DNA of 64,000 nucleotides from a virus: UHGV virus genome UHGV-0222911; one strand, 5' to 3'. Shown piece by piece: positions 28,911 to 36,904 of this stretch (position 1 is its first letter; each line of letters starts with the position of its first letter). The notes under the pieces were generated by a model. It saw only the letters and a program-made list of their open reading frames with translations, ran no database searches and was not told where the DNA came from. The position numbers and the translations under genes were made by a program.

Positions 28911-29176
28911 CAGAGAATGAAGATACTTTTTACGTAGAAGGGTACTTACTGTTACCGCGACCAAAAGAAACTTATATGAGAATTGACTTCATACCAACCA
29001 TTATGGATAATGTGATGTGTCATATCTTTATGCAGGGTGTCACAGCACAGCTTAAGCATGTTGGTAAAGAGTGCAGAATAAAGGTTGACACTCATCCAGA
29101 AATCAAAGAGAATCACTACACATGGTTCTTACCAGACTCTAAAGAAATCTTAGCAGTTCTTAAAACGAGGAAGTAA
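28907..29176 (+). CDS. hypothetical protein
   Basis: 89 aa ORF. Confidence 0.3.
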   Translation: MTENEDTFYVEGYLLLPRPKETYMRIDFIPTIMDNVMCHIFMQGVTAQLKHVGKECRIKVDTHPEIKENHYTWFLPDSKEILAVLKTRK

Positions 29177-29178
29177 CT

Positions 29179-29502
29179 ATGCAGATTAATGGAAGAGACT
29201 TTGTAGCCGTTTACTACGAGAAAGGTAAAGAAGTTGGCGTAGCGCAAGTATCTTATGGCAATGGTGGGTGGCTATATGGAACAATCGCAGTAGTTGGAAC
29301 GAGAAGTGATACAAAAACTTTTAAAGATTGTGTTGACCTTCTTGAAGAATCCATTCAGAATCATTGGTGTCTGATATGGATGACTGACAACGAAGTGATA
29401 GAACGCTTCAAAAAGATTGATATCAACATTGATAGTATTGAGCATGTTGATTTATATGAGCTAACTGAGAAGGTAAATTATGAAAGCTCTAGAAATAGTT
29501 GA
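29179..29502 (+). CDS. hypothetical protein
   Basis: 107 aa ORF. Confidence 0.3.
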   Translation: MQINGRDFVAVYYEKGKEVGVAQVSYGNGGWLYGTIAVVGTRSDTKTFKDCVDLLEESIQNHWCLIWMTDNEVIERFKKIDINIDSIEHVDLYELTEKVNYESSRNS

Positions 29503-29707
29503 CAAAGATACTGGAGAAGTCATCTCTGCATGTGTTTTCGTGAGCGATGATACAGTGATACCATTTTACAATCTTGATGGTTTTAGTTTTACAGGGATAA
29601 CTCCAGAAGAATACTTTGAAGACCTCACCTTTGCCAGAGTATCTATAGATACATTCTATAAATGTTTCTATGATGAAGGTAAAGAATTACGAGAAACTGA
29701 ACTATAA
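29480..29707 (+). CDS. hypothetical protein
   Basis: 75 aa ORF. Confidence 0.3.
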   Translation: MKALEIVDKDTGEVISACVFVSDDTVIPFYNLDGFSFTGITPEEYFEDLTFARVSIDTFYKCFYDEGKELRETEL

Positions 29708-29718
29708 GGTGTATATTC

Positions 29719-29919
29719 ATGGCTGACTTCTGCAAAGACTGTTCTATAGAAATGTTTGGACGTGATACAGGTGACTTAAAAGGTCTTATCACTGAAGATG
29801 ACTTTAAAGCTGGCTATGCAATGCCAGTAATCTGTGAAGGTTGTGGATGTATCTGGGTAGACCACGAAGGACAACGTGTAAAACCTTCAGAAGATAAAGA
29901 ATCTTGGGAGAGATGTTAA
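29719..29919 (+). CDS. hypothetical Cys-rich small protein
   Basis: 66 aa; CKDCS ... CEGCGC cysteine pairs. Confidence 0.3.
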   Translation: MADFCKDCSIEMFGRDTGDLKGLITEDDFKAGYAMPVICEGCGCIWVDHEGQRVKPSEDKESWERC

Positions 29920-30705
29920 ATGGGTATTGTAAAAATCATCAATGGCGATATCTTTGCCGCATTTGATAAAGGTAAGTTTGACATCATTGGTCACGGTTGC
30001 AACTGTATGAATTTAATGGGCGCAGGTATCGCTGACAAGATTTCTAAACTTTACCCAAAAGCATATGAGACCGATACAGAGGTTTATCTATATGCAGGTG
30101 GCATAGGTCACAAACCTTGTGAAAATTTACTGGGTAATTTCTCTGTAGCACGTTTAAAACAAGGTCGTATAGCTAACCTTTACACTCAGCTTAAGACTGG
30201 TAAAGATGCCCGATACAGTGCTTTAGAATCATCTTTGAAACAGCTTAACAGATACTGTGAAGTTAATCAGTTGAGGAAAGTTGGTTTACCTATGATTGGT
30301 GCAGGTATCGGTGGGTTGGACCCTCAAGCCGTCACAGTTATCATCAATCAGGTGATGAAGAGTGTAGATGTTTATCTATATGTCTATGAAGGAGAGATGT
30401 ACCACAAGTTACGCTCAGGTTGGAAGAACTACTGTGAACCAGAATACTTTGCAGGTGTAGTTGTGTTCACGGATAATGCAGTTACCCTCTTCAGACGAAG
30501 AAAAGGTAAGATACATCAAAGTAACCCTCCGGTTGAGAAGATGTCTCTAAGTAACGCTCTAGTTACCCACCTGTCGAAGAGCAATCACAGGATAGCCGTA
30601 ACATTTGGCAGTGATGCAGATACATATATTTATGCAAGAACTGATGAGGATATCGAGACGGTCTTCTCTTCACCGGAAGTTACCTTCTTAGACGCAAAGA
30701 ACTAA
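29920..30705 (+). CDS. putative macro-domain (ADP-ribose binding/processing) protein
   Basis: N-terminal INGDIF ... IIGHGCNCMNLMGAGIADKI resembles macro-domain nucleotide-binding loops (recalled, not verified); 261 aa. Confidence 0.35.
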   Translation: MGIVKIINGDIFAAFDKGKFDIIGHGCNCMNLMGAGIADKISKLYPKAYETDTEVYLYAGGIGHKPCENLLGNFSVARLKQGRIANLYTQLKTGKDARYSALESSLKQLNRYCEVNQLRKVGLPMIGAGIGGLDPQAVTVIINQVMKSVDVYLYVYEGEMYHKLRSGWKNYCEPEYFAGVVVFTDNAVTLFRRRKGKIHQSNPPVEKMSLSNALVTHLSKSNHRIAVTFGSDADTYIYARTDEDIETVFSSPEVTFLDAKN

Positions 30706-30775
30706 GAAACTCTGTATAATATTCACAATAGACTAAGCCTTTCTTATCTGGTAAATTTTTCAGGTAAGGAGGGCT

Positions 30776-30960
30776 TTTTCATTTCAAGATTGTGCAGGTA
30801 GAGTTCTGTAGAGAAATCTGTAGAGAGAATTTTGAACTCCAAAGAGAAAATTCATTTTCAAACTGTGCAGGTAATCTCCAAAGAGTTTTTTCATTTTCAA
30901 AACGTGCAGACCCCGCTCAGGTCGGGCAAGAAAAATCATTTTAGAATTGTGCAGGTAGGT
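30776..30960 (+). repeat. four direct repeats TTCATTTTCAA-N2-GTGCAGGTA
   Basis: Copies at about 30778, 30850, 30888 and 30935. Confidence 0.5.
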
Positions 30961-31133
30961 TTTTATAGACAGCCAGCCCAGCCCCTCTCCCCCTCTTACT
31001 CCCCCTCTCCCCAAAAGTCAAGAGAAAAATTTGTAGCGGATTGAAAAATAATTCTTGATTGTAGTTCTGTTTTGTGGTAGTCGCGTGCGCCCGTTTCATT
31101 ACAGTTTTTTCAAAAATATTTTTAAAATTTTTC

Positions 31134-31228
31134 TTGACTCTTTGGATATGGTTATCTAATATTTGCATCAACGGGGAGGGAATGACCTTCCCCACTAAAC
31201 AACTAACCTTAAACTAGGAGATTCAAAA
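31134..31228 (+). promoter_or_regulatory. early-promoter plus leader-hairpin cassette (PeSL-like), copy 1
   Basis: TTGACT-17-TAATAT, then TCAACGGGGAGGGAATGACCTTCCCCACTAA hairpin, then TAAACTAGGAGATTCAAAAATG. Confidence 0.5.
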
Positions 31229-31609
31229 ATGGCTTATCGTGCACCGAAATTCATCAACAAAGACAACTTTCGCAACGTACTGGAGAAGGCACTTGATGAA
31301 AAATTTAACGGTAAAATGATTGTTGTTCACGCATTCAATTTTAAGTATGATATCAACGGGAATAAAATCAACCATTACACGGCTACAATGCTAGATGGTA
31401 CTCTTTCAAGTGAAAAATCCATTCTCCATGCACTGGCAGGACGTGGAAAGGTTTTAGTAAGATGTGATAAGCGACGTTATCAAGGTGGCGCATATGGTTA
31501 TGATGATGCTGTTTACCATCTTGAAAATATGGGCTATTCAGTGGAGAAAGCTGGAGCGCCTCAAATAATCGGTAGTGATGGTTATGTGACAATCTTCAAA
31601 ATTAAATAA
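31229..31609 (+). CDS. hypothetical early protein
   Basis: 126 aa; preceded by PeSL-like cassette and conserved RBS GGAGATTCAAAAATG. Confidence 0.45.
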   Translation: MAYRAPKFINKDNFRNVLEKALDEKFNGKMIVVHAFNFKYDINGNKINHYTATMLDGTLSSEKSILHALAGRGKVLVRCDKRRYQGGAYGYDDAVYHLENMGYSVEKAGAPQIIGSDGYVTIFKIK

Positions 31610-31695
31610 AGTACTTTACAGGGGGCTTATAGTTCGATAAAGTAAGCCCCAGATAAAGAGCTTTACCACTAAATCCTAAATTGGAGAACTTAAAA
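31610..31695 (+). repeat. conserved intergenic cassette with GGGGGCTTA...TAAGCCCC hairpin (copy 1)
   Basis: AGTACTTTACAGGGGGCTTATAGTTCGATAAAGTAAGCCCCAGATAAAGAGCTTTACCACTAAATCCTAAA; about 90% identical copies at 31987, 33289, 34078. Confidence 0.5.
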
Positions 31696-31986
31696 ATGGC
31701 TATTATCAAAAACGTTGTAATTCCTGCAAAAACTCGTGACGACGCTCGTATCATGGCGAAAAAGTTAGGCGGAAAAGTGGTTGACAACGGAAAACAATCC
31801 ACTGTAAGATGGGGCGTGAAGACTGATAAGCAGTTGAAGTTAAAAAATTCACCAATAAACCTTTTTACATGTGTAAACACTATCGGGAAGGCAAATGTAT
31901 ACACGAAAAAGGCATATATTAGACGCGTAGCCTTAACATCCCCCATTCGTACAATGAGAGGCCATGCAAAGCTGAAAATTAACTGA
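31696..31986 (+). CDS. hypothetical early protein
   Basis: Track ORF 31681.. trimmed to ATG after GGAGAA RBS (MAIIKNVV...). Confidence 0.4.
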   Translation: MAIIKNVVIPAKTRDDARIMAKKLGGKVVDNGKQSTVRWGVKTDKQLKLKNSPINLFTCVNTIGKANVYTKKAYIRRVALTSPIRTMRGHAKLKIN

Positions 31987-32074
31987 TAAAGTACTTTACA
32001 GGGGGCTTAAAAGTTGGTATCTTAAGCCCCAGATAAAGAGCTTTACCACTAAATCCTAAACTGGAGATTCAAGA
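31987..32074 (+). repeat. conserved intergenic hairpin cassette (copy 2)
   Basis: AGTACTTTACAGGGGGCTTAAAAGTTGGTATCTTAAGCCCCAGATAAAGAGCTTTACCACTAAATCCTAAACTGGAGATTC. Confidence 0.5.
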
Positions 32075-32287
32075 ATGAACATTAATCAAAAACTGAAAAC
32101 CGCCTCACAAGTCCTATTCACAGATGATGACTATTTCAATAAAGACCTTACAGGTTTGAAATCTCTCAAAGAGATTAAAGAGCGCATGAAAATTTATGGA
32201 AAACCTCGGTTAGTTGGTGTATTCTCTAACTGTTATGTTTATCAGCTTAATGGTCATTACAATTTTACGATTACTATTTTATCCTAA
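32075..32287 (+). CDS. hypothetical early protein
   Basis: 70 aa; conserved RBS context. Confidence 0.35.
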   Translation: MNINQKLKTASQVLFTDDDYFNKDLTGLKSLKEIKERMKIYGKPRLVGVFSNCYVYQLNGHYNFTITILS

Positions 32288-32302
32288 ACTGGAGATTCAA
32301 AA

Positions 32303-32599
32303 ATGAAATTATCAAATAAAGTCCGTGAAAACCTTAGCAAGTTACTCAACAAAATTGATTTCATTGAAACATCAAGAAATAGCCATGATGTTATGGAATG
32401 GTTACACGGCAAAATAAAAGGCCGTCGTGTAGTGATTTGTCTATGGAATAGTTGCAGGGAGTATAAAAAACCTGTATTGCAAATTAATGTTTATGATGAT
32501 ACTTATAAAAGCCCTGTTAAGTCTGAAAGTGATTTACTAGATTCTTATGAGATAACTGTAAATGGCAAAGTATCACGTAAAGAGGAAGCACTATGTTAA
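32303..32599 (+). CDS. hypothetical early protein
   Basis: 98 aa; preceded by TCCTAAACTGGAGATTCAAAAATG. Confidence 0.4.
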   Translation: MKLSNKVRENLSKLLNKIDFIETSRNSHDVMEWLHGKIKGRRVVICLWNSCREYKKPVLQINVYDDTYKSPVKSESDLLDSYEITVNGKVSRKEEALC

Positions 32600-32925
32600 T
32601 GATGGGTATCACTGCAATCATAGCCATTATGGCACTTTACAAGGCTTACAGCGCCTATAATCTGGCAAGTAAGGCAATCACGCAACAGGTTAATAATAAC
32701 CTTGTAATGAGCTTTCTGGAGCGTTTAAGTGATGAACAATTGAAACGGTTAGAAATGAGCTTCAGATTTCAATCGAGAACTTATCAAATCAGCGACATTT
32801 TCAAAGATGATTTTCAGCTAGTCGATGATTATAATTCTCTGATAAATGCTTTAAATATCAGTGACTTAAAAGACTATTACTCTGTAATTGTTCAAGAATT
32901 GAGCAAACGAAAACAAAACTGTTGA
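32593..32925 (+). CDS. hypothetical early protein with N-terminal TM helix
   Basis: 110 aa; MLMMGITAIIAIMALYKAY hydrophobic N-terminus. Confidence 0.35.
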   Translation: MLMMGITAIIAIMALYKAYSAYNLASKAITQQVNNNLVMSFLERLSDEQLKRLEMSFRFQSRTYQISDIFKDDFQLVDDYNSLINALNISDLKDYYSVIVQELSKRKQNC

Positions 32926-33015
32926 CACTGATTTTTAGATAGATTAAATTACACATCAACGGGGAGGGAATGAACTTCCCCACTAAATAAAGTCCTTAAA
33001 CTAGGAGATTCGAAA
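32922..33015 (+). promoter_or_regulatory. PeSL-like promoter/leader-hairpin cassette, copy 2
   Basis: TTGACA(32922)-17-TAAATT, GGGGAGGGAATGAACTTCCCC hairpin, conserved RBS. Confidence 0.5.
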
Positions 33016-33288
33016 ATGTATACTACTAACAACGGTCGTACTCTAAATGTAACTTTGCGCCACTATGTTGACGGTGTAATGCACTTTGAGGATTTACAGG
33101 CTGAACAACACATCTTAGATTGGCAAGTAGCAGGACTCCAAAAAACTGCTACAGGATACGGGAAAAAGATTCCAACTAGCTGGAAAGTATACTACGAAGG
33201 ACGTTTGCGCAGAATTTATCAGGATGTATGTAGCAATAGCGCAACAAGTTACATCATGGTAAAAGGTAAAAAATTGCACTTAGTATAA
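33016..33288 (+). CDS. hypothetical early protein
   Basis: 90 aa. Confidence 0.4.
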   Translation: MYTTNNGRTLNVTLRHYVDGVMHFEDLQAEQHILDWQVAGLQKTATGYGKKIPTSWKVYYEGRLRRIYQDVCSNSATSYIMVKGKKLHLV

Positions 33289-33373
33289 AGTACTTTACAA
33301 GGGGCTTATAGTTCGATAAAGTAAGCCCCAGATAAAGAGCTTTACCACTAAATCCTAAATTGGAGATTCAAAA
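33289..33373 (+). repeat. conserved intergenic hairpin cassette (copy 3)
   Basis: Near-identical to 31610-31695. Confidence 0.5.
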
Positions 33374-33778
33374 ATGGCTATTAATAATCGTGAGTTGTCA
33401 ATCTTAAAAGCACGTTTGACCGTTAACCGGATTAATGTTATCACGTCATCAGCACCAGATGAAACACTGCAAAACATTATTGGGAAGATTCAAAGTGTTA
33501 TCTTAGATGTTGAAAGCGTAAAAAACTCATTGGCTGACGTTGCAGCAGGTATCACGCTAGACGGTGCACAATATGAAATGGCTGACATGTTAGGCAAATC
33601 AAAGGTAATGAATAAAGAGCTTGATTTAAAAATGTTTCGTTTTGCCGTGAAAGTGTGGCTATCTGTCGAGTATGACGCAAATTTTGCAATTGCTGACTTT
33701 TTTGCAACATGGTTGCAACGTAATTTAACAAATCATGATTTTCGTGATATCTGTGACGCAATTTACGCAGAACTCTAA
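33374..33778 (+). CDS. hypothetical early protein
   Basis: 134 aa. Confidence 0.4.
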   Translation: MAINNRELSILKARLTVNRINVITSSAPDETLQNIIGKIQSVILDVESVKNSLADVAAGITLDGAQYEMADMLGKSKVMNKELDLKMFRFAVKVWLSVEYDANFAIADFFATWLQRNLTNHDFRDICDAIYAEL

Positions 33779-33783
33779 AAAAC

Positions 33784-33876
33784 TGTTGACACTGATTTTT
33801 AGATAGATTAAATTACTCATCAACGGGGAGGGAATGAACTTCCCCACTAAGTAAAATCCTAAACTGGAGATTCAAA
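33784..33876 (+). promoter_or_regulatory. PeSL-like promoter/leader-hairpin cassette, copy 3
   Basis: CTGTTGACACTGATTTTTAGATAGATTAAATTAC identical to copy 2 promoter; hairpin and RBS conserved. Confidence 0.5.
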
Positions 33877-34077
33877 ATGGCTATTATTAACGGCTTAACC
33901 ATTGAAACAACACACATCAAAGACATCAAAGTTGGGGATGTAGTCCTTTCCCACGGCGTAGAAAAAACTGTCACTGCAAAGGATATCAAAGAGGATTCTT
34001 TCATGGGTAGAACTCTCTTTGGTGATTCTTATTGCTTAGGTTATCTTGCAGTTTTAAAAGTTGTCAAAATTAACTGA
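33877..34077 (+). CDS. hypothetical early protein
   Basis: 66 aa. Confidence 0.35.
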   Translation: MAIINGLTIETTHIKDIKVGDVVLSHGVEKTVTAKDIKEDSFMGRTLFGDSYCLGYLAVLKVVKIN

Positions 34078-34165
34078 TAAAGTACTTTACAGGGGGCTTA
34101 AAAGTTGGTATCTTAAGCCCCAGATAAAGAACTTTACTACTCAATCCTAAACTGGAGATTCAAAA
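34078..34165 (+). repeat. conserved intergenic hairpin cassette (copy 4)
   Basis: Near-identical to 31987-32074. Confidence 0.5.
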
Positions 34166-34708
34166 ATGAAATGCTTTCACGGTACTACTCAAGAAAACTT
34201 TATCAACCTGATTAATAACGGTGATAAGCCATCAGGTGCATGGAATTGTTCGGATATGGACGGCAATTTTTACGTTTATCCAGAAAATAAAATCTATGGC
34301 GACGATGAGGAAGAGATAACATCTGAAGGCATTCAGCAAGCTTTAGGTAATGCCACTATTACCGCAGCGTTTCAGATGAAAACTCAAAATATTGTTATCT
34401 TGGAACTTGATATTCCAGAGGATGAGTTGAATGATGATTATTCTTGTGATAATATGTCGAGTGTGGCAAGTTTTACAGAGTATTTTGATATAAGCTGGAT
34501 TAAAAAGGTTTACATCACTGAATTTAATGCTATGTTTTCACCTTTTTGTCTTCCTTCACTGGATAACCCAAATTTGAACTATCTTGATGAGTCTCTGGAA
34601 CTTCTCGCTAAAAGTGTTCAACAATCAGACAGTGTTCAGGTTTTTTGTGACATCATGGATACACTAACAGGAAACATCATAGAAAGTGATTTGAAGAGCT
34701 TTTTATAA
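34166..34708 (+). CDS. hypothetical early protein
   Basis: 180 aa, acidic. Confidence 0.4.
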   Translation: MKCFHGTTQENFINLINNGDKPSGAWNCSDMDGNFYVYPENKIYGDDEEEITSEGIQQALGNATITAAFQMKTQNIVILELDIPEDELNDDYSCDNMSSVASFTEYFDISWIKKVYITEFNAMFSPFCLPSLDNPNLNYLDESLELLAKSVQQSDSVQVFCDIMDTLTGNIIESDLKSFL

Positions 34709-34774
34709 AAACCTATGCAATCACCTTATAAACACTGATTAGCCCCTCACAGGGGCTTTTAGGAGGCTTTAATC

Positions 34775-35008
34775 ATGCTTACAACCGTTTATCTCATCCT
34801 TTCTATTTGTAATGGTCATTCATGCGATTTTAAAGGGCTTGAGGAGTTTACAGGGAGTAAAGAAAATGCCATTCAGGTCTGTCAGATAGCAAGACAAGAC
34901 TATCCCGCCAGTGATGATATACAATGTTACTTTAAGACAGAAGATAAAGACGGCATCTATTTTGACAGCGTAGACGGTCAATATGAAATCATCATTGAAA
35001 AAGACTAG
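34775..35008 (+). CDS. hypothetical early protein
   Basis: 77 aa; preceded by hairpin AGCCCCTCACAGGGGCTTTT (34744-34763). Confidence 0.35.
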   Translation: MLTTVYLILSICNGHSCDFKGLEEFTGSKENAIQVCQIARQDYPASDDIQCYFKTEDKDGIYFDSVDGQYEIIIEKD

Positions 35009-35009
35009 A

Positions 35010-35099
35010 CAAGCTTGATAAAAGTCTGTAAATTACTAATCAACGGGGAGGGAATGGCCTTCCCCACTAAATAAAGTCCTTAAACTAGGAGATTCTAAA
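35010..35099 (+). promoter_or_regulatory. PeSL-like cassette, copy 4
   Basis: TAAATTACTAATCAACGGGGAGGGAATGGCCTTCCCCACTAAATAAAGTCCTTAAACTAGGAGATTCTAAAATG. Confidence 0.45.
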
Positions 35100-35441
35100 A
35101 TGGCTTATGTAACTGTAATTACCGATAAAGAGAATTCATCTTGGTCAACTCAGGTTAGTGATAAGATGTCACCTATGCAGTGCCTAAAATACTTTGAGCA
35201 GTGGAACAAAGGCGAAGATGTAAGCCCCTTTCAGGTAATGCAAATCATCCATACAGATAACGAAGGGAATAAAACGACACTGAATAGCGAGTACTACGCA
35301 AGCCGTTTTGAAACGAGAAGTAAAACAATGAAGATTTTACGTGAATCCGGCTATTCTCATATTGCCGCGCTAATCTGGGATGACCTGCTAAAAAGTCAGC
35401 GTATCAGCTATGTAAAACCTGAAAAAATATTTATCAGTTAA
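35100..35441 (+). CDS. hypothetical early protein
   Basis: 113 aa. Confidence 0.4.
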   Translation: MAYVTVITDKENSSWSTQVSDKMSPMQCLKYFEQWNKGEDVSPFQVMQIIHTDNEGNKTTLNSEYYASRFETRSKTMKILRESGYSHIAALIWDDLLKSQRISYVKPEKIFIS

Positions 35442-35569
35442 TCAATAACTTACAAAAAACTTTTAAAAAGATGTTGACAATCCCTCTTGACATTGGTAAC
35501 TTTGTTCGAGGGGGTTTATCTAAAAGGGATTAACTTAAAAGATTCTTTATAGATAAACTTAAAAAATTG

Positions 35570-35663
35570 CTTGCAATCAGATATCAAAACAAGTAAATTA
35601 CTCATCAACGGGGAGGCAATAACCTCCCTACTAAGTAAAATCCTTAAACTAGGAGATTCAAAA
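35570..35663 (+). promoter_or_regulatory. PeSL-like cassette, copy 5 (diverged hairpin GGGGAGGCAATAACCTCCCT)
   Basis: TAAATTACTCATCAACGGGGAGG...ACTAAGTAAAATCCTTAAACTAGGAGATTCAAAAATG. Confidence 0.45.
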
Positions 35664-36194
35664 ATGAACAAGTTCAAAGCTATCAACTATATTCGTTCAA
35701 ATAATGTAATGTCTAAGCCTGTTAAAGATACCTATGAATTTCGTTGTAATGGGGTACACTTTGCAACCATTACCAAATCAGAAAACGGAGCTTATTACGT
35801 TCATCGTCGTAATGTTGCAACCGTTGTAGTCTCTCACTTTATGCAAGCTGTTGCGGAACTTCTCCCGCTGTTTTTAGGTCTTTACTTAGATGAGTGTAAA
35901 AACGTTCACAGCCACGTTAAAAACCTTTTAAACAGTTATAAAATGGCTTATGAACGTTCTATTCATAATTTGAACAAGTTCTATAAAGCCCCTGAAAATA
36001 CTGTGTCAATAGCTTATGACGTAAGCGGTGAAATGGTCAATCTCTCCAATGTAGAACAAATTAACCTTTATGATTTACGTCCTAACGGTTACGCTAAAAC
36101 TCTCGGTGAAGGTTTAACGTTTAATATCAAGAACTTAGAAAAAACTTTAAAAGATATTGAAAAAGATATTGACGAGACAACCAAAAATCTGTAA
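35664..36194 (+). CDS. hypothetical early protein
   Basis: Track ORF 35571.. runs through the PeSL cassette; trimmed to ATG after the conserved RBS (MNKFKAINY...). Confidence 0.4.
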   Translation: MNKFKAINYIRSNNVMSKPVKDTYEFRCNGVHFATITKSENGAYYVHRRNVATVVVSHFMQAVAELLPLFLGLYLDECKNVHSHVKNLLNSYKMAYERSIHNLNKFYKAPENTVSIAYDVSGEMVNLSNVEQINLYDLRPNGYAKTLGEGLTFNIKNLEKTLKDIEKDIDETTKNL

Positions 36195-36259
36195 ATTGTC
36201 AATCAACGGGGAGGGAATGGCCTTCCCCACTAAGTAAAGTCCTAAACTGGAGATTCAAA
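36195..36259 (+). promoter_or_regulatory. PeSL-like cassette, copy 6
   Basis: TAAATTGTCAATCAACGGGGAGGGAATGGCCTTCCCCACTAAGTAAAGTCCTAAACTGGAGATTCAAAATG. Confidence 0.45.
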
Positions 36260-36523
36260 ATGGAACACGTCGAACTGACCACACTTTTACAAATTGCAAC
36301 CGACAAAGAGGATGTAGCACTATTCCACCGTATCGAAAGTGATTTGTTCAATGGTGAAATCATCAAAGAGTCTTACGAGGTTGTCGGATTCAAAGACGGT
36401 AAAGCATTCGGATTCTTTGACCTCGACAAAGGTAACGCTATTACAAAGTACGATGTATTATCTTGTGAGATTCTGGCAAAATACAACGAAAAAAGACTTG
36501 CAACATACGCCAACATGCAGTAA
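36260..36523 (+). CDS. hypothetical early protein
   Basis: 87 aa. Confidence 0.4.
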   Translation: MEHVELTTLLQIATDKEDVALFHRIESDLFNGEIIKESYEVVGFKDGKAFGFFDLDKGNAITKYDVLSCEILAKYNEKRLATYANMQ

Positions 36524-36588
36524 ATTACTAATCAACGGGAGGTAATGACCTCCCACTAAATAAAAACCTTAAACTAGGAGACTCTAAA
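36524..36588 (+). promoter_or_regulatory. PeSL-like cassette, copy 7 (hairpin GGGAGGTAATGACCTCCC)
   Basis: TAAATTACTAATCAACGGGAGGTAATGACCTCCCACTAAATAAAAACCTTAAACTAGGAGACTCTAAAATG. Confidence 0.45.
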
Positions 36589-36837
36589 ATGGCTACTATC
36601 CGCGCAACTGTTAATGCTTATGGCTGCTACACTCTGGATGTTAAATTTGATATTGGTGGAACTGATGAATGCTTTTCATTAGTGAAGACAGTTATCAAGC
36701 AAGTTATCCCAGATTATAACCCTACTGATGACTTCTGGAAAGACGCTGTAAAAGAGGCATTAAACGACGAGCATCACTATCATTACTGGGGTGATTTGAT
36801 TGTCTCCCTGTACTACAGCAAACAAGGGTACAACTAA
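36589..36837 (+). CDS. hypothetical early protein
   Basis: 82 aa; last gene before terminator and 1.7 kb non-coding region. Confidence 0.4.
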   Translation: MATIRATVNAYGCYTLDVKFDIGGTDECFSLVKTVIKQVIPDYNPTDDFWKDAVKEALNDEHHYHYWGDLIVSLYYSKQGYN

Positions 36838-36847
36838 TCGACGCAAC

Positions 36848-36904
36848 GGGGCTAAATAGCCCCAGATACCTGAAAAGCTCCTTCTCATAGGGGCTTTTTT
36901 TTTT
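36848..36904 (+). terminator. terminator-like hairpins plus T10 run ending the plus-strand early block
   Basis: GGGGCTAAATAGCCCC hairpin, then ATAGGGGC followed by TTTTTTTTTT. Confidence 0.4.

Noticed and set aside
30784-31195. Three overlapping track ORFs (30784..31014 minus, 30832..31044 plus, 30941..31195 minus)
   Set aside because: They run through direct repeats and a polypyrimidine tract, have low-complexity translations (e.g. PLSPSYSPSP) and overlap each other; the region is more plausibly regulatory DNA.
31134-36840. Possible CRISPR array suggested by regularly repeated intergenic sequences
   Set aside because: Repeat units are 60-95 bp, of two different types, and the intervening segments are 200-550 bp protein-coding genes with conserved RBSs; no cas genes or short uniform spacers.
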